From positions 224,001 to 288,000 of the forward strand of contig CAXXWC010000001.1 of assembly GCA_963668645.2 (NCBI GenBank): a stretch of 64,000 bases of DNA, in the 5' to 3' direction. The DNA is from Desulfobacterales bacterium. GTDB lineage: Bacteria > Desulfobacterota > Desulfobacteria > Desulfobacterales > UBA2174. The translations under genes and the position numbers were made by a program. Shown piece after piece: positions 1-10,655 of this stretch (position 1 is the first letter of the stretch; the number at the start of each line of letters is the position of its first letter). The notes beneath the pieces were generated by a model. The model was not told the DNA's origin and did no database searches. It saw only the letters and a list, made by a program, of their open reading frames with translations.

Positions 1-969
1 GCAGACATTGGCGCAGGCCCCGCAGCGCACGCAGCGCAGTACCTGGGAAAAGACCGGATCCCGGGCCAGGGCCCGGCGCCCGTTGTCCAGCAGGACGACG
101 TGCATCTCCTTGCGTCCGCCGGGAGCGGCGGCGCATTCCACCGGCCCGGTGATCCAGGTGACATAGCTGGTGATCTTCTGGCCGGTGGCGTTGCGCGGCA
201 GGGTCCGGTTGATGTGCAGGGCTTCCCTGACGCTGCCAACGAGCTTGTCGATGCCCACCAGGGCCAGGTGGATCCGCGGCAAGGTGGCCACCAGCCGGGC
301 GTTGCCCTCGTTGGTGACCATCCCGATAGCCCCGCTATCGGCCAAGGCGAAATTGGCCCCGGTGATGCCCATATCGGCTTCGACAAACCTGGCGCGCAGT
401 TCGCGGCGGGCCACCTTCACCAGGCGCTCGATCTCGGCGTCCTGCCGGGCCCGGGTCACCTGGCTGAACAGGTCGGCCACCTGAAAGCGCGAAAGATGAA
501 TGGCCGGCAGCACCATGTGGCTCGGTCCCTCGCGGCGCAACTGGACGATCCACTCACCCAGGTCGGACTCCACCACCTCCAGCCCCTCGGACTCCAGGCA
601 AGGGTTGAGCAGGATTTCCTCGGCGGTCATGGACTTGGACTTGACGATGCGCCGCACCCCACCCTGGCGGGCGACACCGGCGATGATGCGCCTTGCGGCG
701 GCTGCATCCCCGGCCAGGTGCACATGGATGCCGCAGGCTTCGGCATGGCGGGTAAATTCTTCCAGCAGCGTGTCCAGGCGTGCCAGGTTGGCATCCTTGA
801 GGGCCGCGATCTCGGCTACCAGGGCCGGCACATCGATGCCTTCATAGGCTTTTTGGCGGCCCAAGGGATAGGCCACGGCGAACTTGTCCATGGCCGCGCG
901 CAAGAATTCGTCTTCCAGAGCCGCATCGAGGTCTTTTTTGTAGCCCTTCATATCACGTGCGGTCTGCAT
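1..969 (-). CDS. LutB/LldH-type L-lactate dehydrogenase Fe-S subunit (runs off the window edge)
   Basis: Not in the ORF track because it has no stop in the window. Manual translation from ATG 969 gives MQTARDMKGYKKDLDAALEDEFLRAAMDKF..., and the last codons read FSQVLRCVRCGACANVC (4Fe-4S motif). Overlaps the LutC-like gene. Confidence 0.85.
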   Translation of the reverse strand, partial: MQTARDMKGYKKDLDAALEDEFLRAAMDKFAVAYPLGRQKAYEGIDVPALVAEIAALKDANLARLDTLLEEFTRHAEACGIHVHLAGDAAAARRIIAGVARQGGVRRIVKSKSMTAEEILLNPCLESEGLEVVESDLGEWIVQLRREGPSHMVLPAIHLSRFQVADLFSQVTRARQDAEIERLVKVARRELRARFVEADMGITGANFALADSGAIGMVTNEGNARLVATLPRIHLALVGIDKLVGSVREALHINRTLPRNATGQKITSYVTWITGPVECAAAPGGRKEMHVVLLDNGRRALARDPVFSQVLRCVRCGACANVC

Positions 970-1591
970 CGCCGGCCTCCTCGAGGATCAGGATGTGCAG
1001 GGCCAACGGGCCGTGGACCCCGATGGCCAGGACCCGCTCGATGTCCGCCGTGCGGCTGGCGCCGGTGATAAAGGCGGTGAAGTTGCCCGGCCGGGCCAGG
1101 GCCTGACCCAGAGGATCAGCCAGGTCGTCGGCCGCAGCCACGATCCGGCCGGCCGGCAGGATGGCCACGTGCACCTCGCTGATCATGGTGGCCAGACGGA
1201 TCTCCTCTCTTGATGAATCGATCACCAGGGTGCCGGTCTCGGCGATGCCGTAATCGGCGAAGGTCAACCCCACGTCGATCCCGCCCAGGTGTTGGCGCAG
1301 GCTGTTTGCGGTAAGCCGGATCCCGTGTTCCCGGCAGCGCCGGTCCAGGCCGGCGCGCAAATCGTCGCTAAAACCCGGCGCAGCCAGGGTCTTGGGGATC
1401 GCGGCGGTGCAAAGGTCGCCGGCCGGGGTCGAGAGCGGGGCTTCGCAGCCGGAAAGCAGCAACTGGCAGGCCTCCTTGGCGGCGCACAGATCCACCACGT
1501 GGTCCAGGGCCGCATCCATCGAGGCCACACAGTGCACCAGGGCCGAAACTTCCTCGGCCCGCGCGGTGAAAGCTTCCACAAGGTTTGCCAT
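953..1591 (-). CDS. LutC/LldG (LUD domain) lactate utilization protein
   Basis: C-terminal GIAETGTLV and FITGASRTADIERVLAIGVHGP motifs. Start moved to ATG 1591 (MANLVEAF), which follows a GGAG RBS. Confidence 0.88.
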   Translation of the reverse strand: MANLVEAFTARAEEVSALVHCVASMDAALDHVVDLCAAKEACQLLLSGCEAPLSTPAGDLCTAAIPKTLAAPGFSDDLRAGLDRRCREHGIRLTANSLRQHLGGIDVGLTFADYGIAETGTLVIDSSREEIRLATMISEVHVAILPAGRIVAAADDLADPLGQALARPGNFTAFITGASRTADIERVLAIGVHGPLALHILILEEAGDADRT

Positions 1592-1638
1592 GATCAGTCT
1601 CCTCGAAAGGCATCCGGGATCAGTTTGCCGCGGGGCGA

Positions 1639-2925
1639 TCAGCGCAGCGTATCGGCGTAAAGCTCCACCGGATGGCGCACCGCCACCCGGTCCCCGGCCT
1701 GGGAAAGCATGTCGGTAAGCTGCAGCATGCAGGCCGGGCATCCGGTGGCCACCACCTCGGCACCGCTGGCCGCGATGTTGTCGCGCTTGTGGCGTCCCAG
1801 GCGGCCGGAAAGATCGTAGTGCAGCAGGTTGAAGCTGCCGCCGCAACCGCAGCAGGCATCGGCGTCCTTCATCTCCACCAGTTGCACCTGCGGGTTGAGC
1901 CGCACCAGGGCCCGCGGCTGGGCTGCGACTCCGAGGGACTTTTTCAGATGACACGGATCGTGCACCGTGACCTTGATCCCGTTCTGGACCGCTCCGGCGC
2001 CGGGGGTGACCTTCAGAATATCGATCAAAAAGGCGTTGATGTCCAGGGTCCGGGCCGCCAGGGCCGCAGCCCGGCCGGCATCGGCGGCGGCAGCCAGCGA
2101 CGGCCAGAACTTGACGATGGTGGCCGTGCAGGTGGCGCAGGGAGTGACCAGGTAGTCGAAATCAGCCGCACCAAACAGGTCGAGATTTTTTTTGACCAGC
2201 GCCTGGAAGCTGTCCTGATCGCCGCCTGCCAGGGCCGGAATCCCGCAGCAGGCCAGCCCCTGCGGCAAAAAAACCCCGATGCCGTGGTGGTCGAGGACCT
2301 TGAGCACGGCCTGTCCGATGCGCGGAAAGACCTTGTCCACCAGGCAGCCGGGGAAAAAGGCGACCTGCGGCCGGCCGGGACCCGCAACCGTATCGCGCCG
2401 GGGCACGGTCTGGTGCAGCGCTGTGGCGGCCAGGGCCGTAAAATGGCGCGGCCCCAAAGCCGCCACCGGAAAACGGGTGCACGAGGAGCCGACAAGCGGA
2501 TCCACCGGCCGCACGAAGAGCCCCTGGAAGCGGGCTCCGAGGGCCACGGCAGCGTCGAAGAACTGCGGGTGCAGCAAAAGACCGCGGAAGATCAGGCGCT
2601 GGAGCGGCGACAGCCCCTGGTAGGCGGCCAGGGCGGCCCGGGCCCGCAGAAAGATGTCCAGCACCTTGACCCCGCTGGGGCAGTTGGCGGCGCAGGCGCC
2701 GCAGAGCAGGCAGGTTCCCAGTCGCTCCCTGACTCCGTCGACGTCAACGATCATCTTGCCGGCCAGGTGCTCCAGCAAAGCGATCTTGCCCCGCGCCACC
2801 AGAGCCTCGCGCCCGGTCTCGGCGTATACCGGGCAGACCGCCTGGCACATCCCGCAGCGCATGCAGGTGGCCAACTGGTCCTCGATCTGCCCGAGCAACC
2901 GGTGCAGTTGTATCAGATCGGCCAT
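1639..2925 (-). CDS. GlcF-like Fe-S/CCG-domain subunit of glycolate/D-lactate dehydrogenase
   Basis: Two ferredoxin motifs (CMRCGMCQAVCP, CLLCGACAANCP) plus CCG domains (CCGIP, HDPCH, CCGCGG). Confidence 0.9.
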   Translation of the reverse strand: MADLIQLHRLLGQIEDQLATCMRCGMCQAVCPVYAETGREALVARGKIALLEHLAGKMIVDVDGVRERLGTCLLCGACAANCPSGVKVLDIFLRARAALAAYQGLSPLQRLIFRGLLLHPQFFDAAVALGARFQGLFVRPVDPLVGSSCTRFPVAALGPRHFTALAATALHQTVPRRDTVAGPGRPQVAFFPGCLVDKVFPRIGQAVLKVLDHHGIGVFLPQGLACCGIPALAGGDQDSFQALVKKNLDLFGAADFDYLVTPCATCTATIVKFWPSLAAAADAGRAAALAARTLDINAFLIDILKVTPGAGAVQNGIKVTVHDPCHLKKSLGVAAQPRALVRLNPQVQLVEMKDADACCGCGGSFNLLHYDLSGRLGRHKRDNIAASGAEVVATGCPACMLQLTDMLSQAGDRVAVRHPVELYADTLR

Positions 2926-2929
2926 GGGT

Positions 2930-4318
2930 TCACTCCTGCCCGAGGATTTTGCCCGGATTGAGAATGTTCTTCGGATCGAGCACCTGCTTCAGGCGCCGGC
3001 AGTAGCGGATAGTGCCCGGACTGGTCTCTTTTTCCAGCCATTTGGACTTGGCGATGCCGATTCCGTGTTCGCCCGAGAGGGTGCCGCCCATGGCCAGGGC
3101 GGCAGTGAAGATCTCGTCTACGGCCTGCTCGACGCGGGCAAACTCGGCCGCGTCGCGCCGGTCGGTGAGGATGGTCGGATGCAGGTTGCCGTCGCCGGCA
3201 TGACCGAAGGTGCCGATGGTCAGCCGGTACTTGGTCGCGATGGCGTCCAGGGCCCGCACCATGTCCGGGATCTTGCTGCGCGGCACGGTGGCGTCTTCCA
3301 GGACCGTGGTCGGACGCAGCCGGGCCAGGGCCGACAGGGCCCCACGCCGGGCCTCCCAGACCTTGTCGCGCTCCGCCGCGCTGGCGGCCACGTGCAGTCC
3401 GGTGGCGCCCATCTTGCCGCAGATCGCCTCGACCCGGGCCGCCTCGTCGGCCACCTGGGCCGGATGGCCGTCCACCTCGATGAGCAGCAGGGCCTTGGCG
3501 TCCACCGGCAGCCCGGCCCGGGCATAGTCCTCGACGCTGCGGATGGTGAAGTTGTCCATGAATTCGAGGGTGCACGGCACGATCTTGGCCGCGATGACGG
3601 CCGCCACGGCCTGCGAGGCCCGCTCGACGTCATCGAAGAGCACCATCATGGCCTTGTTCGCCGCCGGCGGCGGGACAAGCTTGAGGATGATCTGGCTGAA
3701 AACCCCAAGGGTTCCTTCCGAGCCGACCATCAGGTCTGCCAGGTTCAGTCCGGTGACGCATTTGAGGGTCCGCGAGCCGGCCACGATGCTCTGGCCGGTG
3801 GTGTCGAAAAAGCGCAGTCCCATGACGTAGTTTTTTGTCACGCCGTACTTGAGACCGCGCAGGCCCCCGGCGTTCTCGGCCACGTTGCCCCCGAGAGTCG
3901 AAACGGCCTGGGAGCCTGGATCGGGGGGGTAAAAAAGCCCCTCGGCTGCCACCGCGGCGGCAAAACGGGCCGTGATGACCCCCGGTTCGACCACGGCGTA
4001 CATGTCCGCGGCGTTGATCTCGATGATCCGGTTCAAGGCGTTGGTCAGCACCACGATCCCGTCACGTGGATCCGGGATCGTACCCCCAGAAAGGTTGGTG
4101 CCGGCCCCGCGCACGGTGAGGGGCAGTCCGTTTTCACCGCAGAGGCGCACCACCCGACCGAGGGTTTCGGTGGTCTCGGGCCGCACCACCAGGGCCGGCA
4201 CCACCGGTTGGAGCACGGCGGCGTCATAGGCGTAGCAGTGGCGGTCAGCCTCGTTGTCCATGACGTTGGCCGCACCGGCGACCTGCCTGAATTCCTTTAT
4301 CAGTGTTTCCTTGAGCAT
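2930..4318 (-). CDS. GlcD-like FAD-linked oxidase subunit (glycolate/D-lactate dehydrogenase)
   Basis: RGAGTNLSGG, YPPDPGS, GSEGTLG, GHAGDGNLHP and SGEHGIG motifs. Confidence 0.92.
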   Translation of the reverse strand: MLKETLIKEFRQVAGAANVMDNEADRHCYAYDAAVLQPVVPALVVRPETTETLGRVVRLCGENGLPLTVRGAGTNLSGGTIPDPRDGIVVLTNALNRIIEINAADMYAVVEPGVITARFAAAVAAEGLFYPPDPGSQAVSTLGGNVAENAGGLRGLKYGVTKNYVMGLRFFDTTGQSIVAGSRTLKCVTGLNLADLMVGSEGTLGVFSQIILKLVPPPAANKAMMVLFDDVERASQAVAAVIAAKIVPCTLEFMDNFTIRSVEDYARAGLPVDAKALLLIEVDGHPAQVADEAARVEAICGKMGATGLHVAASAAERDKVWEARRGALSALARLRPTTVLEDATVPRSKIPDMVRALDAIATKYRLTIGTFGHAGDGNLHPTILTDRRDAAEFARVEQAVDEIFTAALAMGGTLSGEHGIGIAKSKWLEKETSPGTIRYCRRLKQVLDPKNILNPGKILGQE

Positions 4319-4502
4319 GACGGCCTCCTTTGGCCGACGGCTCTGCGCGGCCCGGTGCCCCCAGGAGAGGAAGAGCCCCGGCCACCGGACGCGACAAGCA
4401 TTGCGGCAGCATCCAGGTAAACACGTAAGCCTTGCAGCAGGGTGAGCACCGCCACTGCCAGCACCATGGCGATGGATGTAAAGGGAGCGGCGCAGTACGC
4501 CG

Positions 4503-6110
4503 TTAGAGCAGCCCTTCGAAAAAATCGTTCCCCTTGTCGTCCACCAGGATAAAGGCCGGAAAATCCTTGACCGTGATGCGGTAGATGGCTTCCATGCCCA
4601 GCTCGGGGTACTCGATCAGCTCCATGGCGGTGATGCAGTCACGGCCCAACCGGGCCGCCGGGCCGCCGATGGACCCGAGGTAAAAGCCGCCGTGCTGCTT
4701 GCAGCTGTCGCTCACCACGCGGGTGCGGTTCCCCTTGGCCAGCATGACCAGCGAGGCGCCGCGCTCCTGAAAGATCGGCACATAAGGATCCATGCGGGCC
4801 GCGGTGGTGGGCCCGAAGCTGCCGGCCGCATGCCCGGGCGGGGTCTTGGCCGGACCGGCGTAGTAAATGATGTGGTTCTTGAAGTAATCGGGCAGGTCCT
4901 GGCCGGCGTCCAGGCGCTCCTTGAGCCGGGCGTGGGCGATGTCCCGGGCCACGATGATGTCCCCGCTCAGGCGCAGGGCCGTGGCCACCGGGTGGCGGCT
5001 CAGCTCGGCGCGGATCTCGGCCATGGGACGGTTCAGGTCGATGGAAACCGCAGCACCGCTTCCGGCTGCCGGTTCAGGAAGGTAGCGGGCCGGATCGGTT
5101 TCCATCTGCTCCAGAAAGATACCGTCGCAGGTGATCTTGGCCTTGATGTTGCGATCCGCCGAGCAGCTCACCCCCATACCGATGGGGCACGAGGCCCCGT
5201 GGCGCGGCAGGCGGATCACCCGCACGTCGAGGCAGAAATAGCGCCCCCCGAACTGAGCCCCCAGCCCCAAGTCCCGTGAGGCGGCCAGCAGTTCGGCCTC
5301 CAGGGCCAGATCCCTGAAACCGTGGCCTGAAGGGCTGCCGGCACTGGGCAGGGTATCGAGGTAGCCGGCCGAGGCCAGCTTGACCGTCTTGAGGTTGAAC
5401 TCGGCCGAGGTGCCGCCGATGACGAAGGCCAGGTGATAGGGCGGGCAGGCCGCCGTGCCAAGGGTCTTCATCTTGGCGGTCAGGTAAGGCACCAGGGTCG
5501 CAGGGTTGAGCACGGCCTTGGTTTCCTGGAAAAGATAGGTCTTGTTGGCCGACCCGCCCCCCTTGGCGATGAACAGAAACTTGTAGGCGTCTCCGTCCGT
5601 GGCATAGAGTTCTATCTGGGCCGGCAGGTTGCAGCCGGTGTTCTTTTCCTCGTACATACTCAGCGGAGCGTTCTGGCTGTAGCGCAAGTGGGTGCGGGTA
5701 TAAGTGTTGAAGATCCCCCGGCTGAGGGCCTCTTCGTCCCCTCCCCCGGTCCAGATCCGCTGTCCTTTTTTGCCCATCACGATGGCCGTGCCGGTGTCCT
5801 GGCACATGGGAAAGACCATCTCGGCCGAGATCACGGCGTTTTTGAGCATTTCCAGGGCCACGAAACGATCGTTGTCCGAGGCCTGCGGATCTTCGAAGAT
5901 CTGCCGCAGCAGCTTGAGATGGGATGGGCGCAGCAGATGGGACACATCCCGAAAGGCCTGTTCGGCCAGCAGGGTGAGCCCCTCCGGTTCCACCTGGACC
6001 AGATCCCCTTGGGCAAAGGGAACGACGCTCACGTGGCCGGCGGTCAGTCGGCGGTGGGAGGTGGGGTCCGCGCCAAGGGGCAGCAGTTCGGTAAAAGCGA
6101 ATTCAGCCAT
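4503..6110 (-). CDS. Class I (Fe-S) fumarate hydratase
   Basis: [24 protein letters not shown] and GPTTAARMD motifs; 535 aa. Confidence 0.95.
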   Translation of the reverse strand: MAEFAFTELLPLGADPTSHRRLTAGHVSVVPFAQGDLVQVEPEGLTLLAEQAFRDVSHLLRPSHLKLLRQIFEDPQASDNDRFVALEMLKNAVISAEMVFPMCQDTGTAIVMGKKGQRIWTGGGDEEALSRGIFNTYTRTHLRYSQNAPLSMYEEKNTGCNLPAQIELYATDGDAYKFLFIAKGGGSANKTYLFQETKAVLNPATLVPYLTAKMKTLGTAACPPYHLAFVIGGTSAEFNLKTVKLASAGYLDTLPSAGSPSGHGFRDLALEAELLAASRDLGLGAQFGGRYFCLDVRVIRLPRHGASCPIGMGVSCSADRNIKAKITCDGIFLEQMETDPARYLPEPAAGSGAAVSIDLNRPMAEIRAELSRHPVATALRLSGDIIVARDIAHARLKERLDAGQDLPDYFKNHIIYYAGPAKTPPGHAAGSFGPTTAARMDPYVPIFQERGASLVMLAKGNRTRVVSDSCKQHGGFYLGSIGGPAARLGRDCITAMELIEYPELGMEAIYRITVKDFPAFILVDDKGNDFFEGLL

Positions 6111-6180
6111 GATGAAAGCTCCCGTATTGTATGTCAGTCAAAGCGAAGGGATGAACTCTATATCAATCTGGCGAAGACTC

Positions 6181-6209
6181 TTTTTAGGGGGCCGGCGCCG
6201 GTCTGTCAA
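6181..6209 (-). promoter_or_regulatory. Candidate sigma70 promoter of the fumarase gene
   Basis: Minus strand TTGACA-N17-TAAAAA about 70 bp upstream of the start codon. Confidence 0.4.
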
Positions 6210-6390
6210 CCCGCCAGCAAGCAGCCCCGGTAATTCACGGCGAGACAAGATATGATGTTGCGACCGCCGCCAGCCCCCGGCTGCCGGCTGGCTTGGAGCG
6301 TTGGCAACGGGCTATGGAAAAGGGCAAAAATGGGGCAGCTGCCGGATAGCGCATTCACCAAAAAATCCAGCAAACATCCACAACGATGGG

Positions 6391-9012
6391 TCAGGGTACC
6401 CAAACGCGCCGCTGCCCGTCCTGGCCAGGGGACAAAAACGGGTGCACCCGGACAGCCTGGTCCGTAAAGTGCACGAGGACGGCCCCGTCCCGGTCGGTGC
6501 GCCACAGATCGATGCCCCTTTGGCCGAGACGCTGAATCACTTCCCGGTGCGGCAATCCATACCGGTTGTGCCAGCCGCATGAGACCACCGCCATGGCGGG
6601 TCTGACCGCATCCAGAAAAGGGCCCGTATTGGAAGAGCGGCTGCCGTGGTGGGCCAGTGCGAGCAAATCCGCCTTTAACGCCGCCTGGTTGCAAGCGATC
6701 AGCTCGGCCTCGGCCGGGGCCTGGATGTCTCCGGTCCATAGCATCGACCGGCCGGCGGCGCTGATTCGCACCACAATGGAACTGTTGTTGCCGCGGCGCC
6801 AGGGCTCGCTGGTGATTCTTTCAAGAAAGTCCGGGGCCGGATAAAGCAGCTCCACAAGGGTCGGGCCGAAAAAACGACTGCGCGCCAGGGCGTCAAAACA
6901 AGGCCAGTCAATTTTCCGCCGGGCGACGGTTTCGGCCATCGTCCGGTACCCGAGGGTATCGGACGCCTCCCGGTTGCTCCAGAATGCCCCCACCGGAAAA
7001 GTGTCGAAAACGTAGAGCAGCCCGTTTAGATGATCGGCGTCCGCATGGGTGAGCACCACCAGATCGAGGGTGCGGATTTTCTGATAGCGCAAAAATGGGG
7101 CCACGATGCGCCGGCCCACATCGAAGACCGCGTTGTCGCCAAATCCACCGCCGTCCACCAGGAACACCCGCCCGCCGGGAGCCTCGATCACCGCTGCCGC
7201 CCCCTGACCGACATCCAGGATCGTGGCGCGCAGATCCTGGTGCCAGAAACGCCGGTGCCCCCAGTAGAGGCCATCGGCCGTCAATCCTGCGACCACCAGG
7301 ACGCCAGCCGCCACGAGGGATCGGACCCTGAAAGCCTGCCGGTGGCGCCAACAGACGAGGATCAGGGCGAGCACGGCATAGTAGAGTCCGATTTCCACCG
7401 GCCGGGGGGTAAAGGTCGATATCGCGCTTGGCGGCCAATCGGCCAATAAGTACATCAACTTCAAGGCCGGATCCAGGATGACGGCACAGATTTTGAAAAT
7501 CCACAGGGAGGCCCCAGGACTGATCAGGGCCGTGAGCGCCGCGCCCAGGCCCAGAGGCACCACAAGCATCCCGATCCAGGGCACAAACACGAAGTTGGCG
7601 GCCAGGCCCACCAGGGAAACCTGGTTAAAGGTCTGCATGACCAGCGGCAGGGTTCCCAGAACGGCCCAGAACGAAACCAGCAAAAACTGGCGGGCCCAGC
7701 CTCCTATCCGCCGGACCGGACCGCACCCGGCAAGCTTCAGGGAGGGACGCACCCCAGCCAGAATCCAGCCCACGGCGGCAAAGGAGAGCTGGAAGGAGAC
7801 CGAAAAAAGAGCTGGTGGATGAACCGTGAGGATGATCAGCGCCGCCAGGGCCAGGGTACTGGGCAGGTCCGGGTCGCGCTCCAGCAGCAAGGCCGCCAGA
7901 TAGGCGCTGGCCATCATGGCCGCCCGCTGGGTCGAAGGCGCAAATCCGGCCAGCAGACTGTAGCCCCAGACCGCAGCGGCGGTAAAAAGCGCTGCGCTTT
8001 TGGCGCTCCAGGCCCGTTCCACCATCAGCGGCCACCAGACCAGCAGGCGGATCGAAAAGCCGTAGACCAAGGCCGCCACGATCCCCACATGAAGCCCTGA
8101 GATGGCCAGCAGATGCCCCACGCCGGTTCGGTTGAAGGCGTTGCGCAGGGCCTGGAAAACCTTGCTGCGGTCGCCGATGGTCAACGCGCGCAGCACCGCA
8201 GCCGTGTCCGCCCCGCTCGACTTATCGATCAAGGCGCCGATGCGGTTGCGATAACGCTCCCCAGCGCGATGCATCCCGGCCGCTGGCGCAGTATGAAGGC
8301 ACCGCACGCGGTCCGCCGTGACATAGGCCGAAACCTGCACACCTTGCAGATAAAGATAACGCCGGTAGTCGAATCCTCCCGGATTGTTGAAATTGCGAGG
8401 ACTGCGCAACCGGGCCGTAAAGGCCAGCGTCTCGCCCTGGGAAAAAGCCGGGGTCAGCCCCTGGACCGTGACCCGCACCAGACCGCGAAACGGTGCGTCT
8501 TCAGAGCGGCCCTCGGGTTTTTGCAGGGATAGGGTGAACTTCTGGCGTCCGGCGGTCACCCGCGGGGTTTCGTGCACCGTACCCTGTATGGGCACAGCCT
8601 GTCCGCCGGCGTATCGGGCCGCATGACCCGGTTGCTGGCGGGGAGCCAGCCAGGGCTGCAAGGAGAGATAGCCCAAAGAGAGGATCAAAAAAAGCGGTGC
8701 GGCTGCCTGGCCGCGTCCTTGAACCATCCCGCGGATCAGCGCCAGTCCGGCAACGGCAGCCACACCCAGGCCGGCGGTGCATCGCCCCGGGAACACCGCC
8801 CCCAGGGCGATCCCGGCGGCCAGAATCGCGGCGATGGCCACCATCGGCCGGCAAATCGGCGCTTCGGACGCCCGATCCAGGCCCGGGGCAGCTGAAGGCG
8901 GCTGGACAGGGCCGCATTGGGCCCCCGGGGAGATGCGTGCGGATAAATTCGTTTTGCATGACGGCATCTTTTTTCCAAGGTCCTGGCAAGGGGGAATCCC
9001 GATCGGGTCCAC
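6391..9012 (-). CDS. comEC: DNA internalization competence protein ComEC/Rec2
   Basis: NFNNPGGFDY, HLLAISGLHVG, SFQLSF, LDVGQG and THADADHLNG (beta-lactamase fold). The true start is probably downstream of 9012. Confidence 0.92.
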   Translation of the reverse strand: MDPIGIPPCQDLGKKMPSCKTNLSARISPGAQCGPVQPPSAAPGLDRASEAPICRPMVAIAAILAAGIALGAVFPGRCTAGLGVAAVAGLALIRGMVQGRGQAAAPLFLILSLGYLSLQPWLAPRQQPGHAARYAGGQAVPIQGTVHETPRVTAGRQKFTLSLQKPEGRSEDAPFRGLVRVTVQGLTPAFSQGETLAFTARLRSPRNFNNPGGFDYRRYLYLQGVQVSAYVTADRVRCLHTAPAAGMHRAGERYRNRIGALIDKSSGADTAAVLRALTIGDRSKVFQALRNAFNRTGVGHLLAISGLHVGIVAALVYGFSIRLLVWWPLMVERAWSAKSAALFTAAAVWGYSLLAGFAPSTQRAAMMASAYLAALLLERDPDLPSTLALAALIILTVHPPALFSVSFQLSFAAVGWILAGVRPSLKLAGCGPVRRIGGWARQFLLVSFWAVLGTLPLVMQTFNQVSLVGLAANFVFVPWIGMLVVPLGLGAALTALISPGASLWIFKICAVILDPALKLMYLLADWPPSAISTFTPRPVEIGLYYAVLALILVCWRHRQAFRVRSLVAAGVLVVAGLTADGLYWGHRRFWHQDLRATILDVGQGAAAVIEAPGGRVFLVDGGGFGDNAVFDVGRRIVAPFLRYQKIRTLDLVVLTHADADHLNGLLYVFDTFPVGAFWSNREASDTLGYRTMAETVARRKIDWPCFDALARSRFFGPTLVELLYPAPDFLERITSEPWRRGNNSSIVVRISAAGRSMLWTGDIQAPAEAELIACNQAALKADLLALAHHGSRSSNTGPFLDAVRPAMAVVSCGWHNRYGLPHREVIQRLGQRGIDLWRTDRDGAVLVHFTDQAVRVHPFLSPGQDGQRRVWVP

Positions 9013-9060
9013 GCGCCGGAAAAACCGAGGAACGGATGCCTGGGGCCGGTCGCTCTGTCC

Positions 9061-10350
9061 TTAGCCGCAGACCTCCCCGTCCGCTGGGACGGCATCGCTT
9101 CCGGGTTCACGCCGGATGCATGCCCCCAGGTCGGCCAGCTTGCGGTCGAGATGTTCGTAGCCGCGATCGAGATGGTAGACGCGGTTGACCACGGTGGTCC
9201 CTTCGGCCACCAGGCCGGCCAGCACCAGCGAGGCGCTGGCCCTCAGGTCGGAGGCCATCACCGGGGCCCCTGAAAGGGGGCCGTTGCCCTTGACCACTGC
9301 GGTATTGCCGGTCACCTCGATCTCGGCCCCCATGCGCCGCAGTTCGCTCACATGAATGAAGCGATTTTCGAAGATCGTCTCGCTGATAATGCTCGAACCG
9401 CCGGCCACGGTGGTCAGCACCATGAACTGGGCCTGCATGTCGGTGGGAAATCCCGGATAGGGTTGGGTCTTGATATCCACCCCCCGGATCTTGCCGGCCC
9501 CCACGATCCGGATCGAGTCCACCCCGGTTTCCACCGAAGCTCCGGTGAGTCGCAGTTTGTCGATCACCGCTTCGAGATGGTCCGGCCGGCACTTTTCGAT
9601 GACCACGTCGCCCCGCGTCAGGGCCGCAGCCACCATATAGGTTCCGGTCTCGATTCGGTCGGGGATGATGGAAAGGGAGACCGGATTCAGGGATTTAACC
9701 CCCTCGATGGTGATCACCGCGGTGCCGGTGCCCTCAATCCGGGCGCCCATGGCCAGCAGGGCTTCGGCCAGGGACACGATTTCCGGCTCCCGCGCGGCGT
9801 TGCGCAGCACGGTGCGGCCCTCGGCGAGCGCCGCGGCCATCAGCAGATTTTCGGTGCCGCCCACCGTCGGCATGTCGAAGGTGATGTCCGCGCCGTGTAG
9901 CCGATCGCAGGTCGCTTCGACATACCCGTGCTCCAGTTCGATGGCCGCCCCCATGCGCGCCAGGGCTTTTAGATGCAGATTGATGGGCCGGGCCCCGATG
10001 GCGCAGCCGCCCGGGAGCGATACTCTGGCGCGCCCGAGACGCGCCAGAATCGGCCCCAGCACCAGGATCGAAGCCCGCATCTTGCGCACCAGATCGTAAG
10101 GGGCCTCGGGGTCGGCGAATCCCTGCGGGTCGACCACGACCCGGTGGTCGGCCATCTTTACCCGGGCGCCCAGGTGGTCGAGAAGCTGGCAGATACTGTG
10201 AATATCCTTGAGATCCGGCACGTTGTCATAGGTACAGGGGCCGTCGGCCAGCAGGGCCGAGACCAGCACCGGCAAGGCGGCGTTCTTCGAGCCGCTGGCC
10301 GTTACGCGTCCTGAAAGCTGCCGGCCCCCTTGGATGATGATTTTGTCCAT
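9061..10350 (-). CDS. murA: UDP-N-acetylglucosamine 1-carboxyvinyltransferase
   Basis: [30 protein letters not shown] and HLDRGYE motifs. Confidence 0.97.
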   Translation of the reverse strand: MDKIIIQGGRQLSGRVTASGSKNAALPVLVSALLADGPCTYDNVPDLKDIHSICQLLDHLGARVKMADHRVVVDPQGFADPEAPYDLVRKMRASILVLGPILARLGRARVSLPGGCAIGARPINLHLKALARMGAAIELEHGYVEATCDRLHGADITFDMPTVGGTENLLMAAALAEGRTVLRNAAREPEIVSLAEALLAMGARIEGTGTAVITIEGVKSLNPVSLSIIPDRIETGTYMVAAALTRGDVVIEKCRPDHLEAVIDKLRLTGASVETGVDSIRIVGAGKIRGVDIKTQPYPGFPTDMQAQFMVLTTVAGGSSIISETIFENRFIHVSELRRMGAEIEVTGNTAVVKGNGPLSGAPVMASDLRASASLVLAGLVAEGTTVVNRVYHLDRGYEHLDRKLADLGACIRREPGSDAVPADGEVCG

Positions 10351-10472
10351 TCGAAACGTTCCGTACGATGAGTAGGATTGATGATTGATCTAGCGCCGTG
10401 CGCTAAAAACGACTCGCCCGGAGCACGCAGACGTGGCCCGGGCGAGCGCATAAGTGTCTTGAAGGCCGATCC

Positions 10473-10631
10473 TCAGTGGTGATGGGCACCCTTTCCCTGC
10501 ATCGTGTCCACCACAGCCTTGATGATGCAGTAGGTCATGCCCAAACCGAGAATGGTCAGCGCGTACCAGAGGCCGCCCATGAATACCATGTGCGACATAT
10601 CCCAAATCCATTCGAAACCAAAGGGAAACAT
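10473..10631 (-). CDS. 52-aa membrane protein downstream of qrcD
   Basis: Manual translation MFPFGFEWIWDMSHMVFMGGLWYALTILGLGMTYCIIKAVVDTMQGKGAHHH. GAGG RBS, starts 24 bp after the qrcD stop, and is shorter than any ORF in the track. Confidence 0.7.
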   Translation of the reverse strand: MFPFGFEWIWDMSHMVFMGGLWYALTILGLGMTYCIIKAVVDTMQGKGAHHH

Positions 10632-10655
10632 CGATCCCTCCTCTGCAAGCTCGGG

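Noticed and set aside
1592..1954. N-terminal extension of the LutC-like ORF
   Set aside because: It overlaps the GlcF-like gene in another frame. ATG 1591 has an RBS and gives a typical length.
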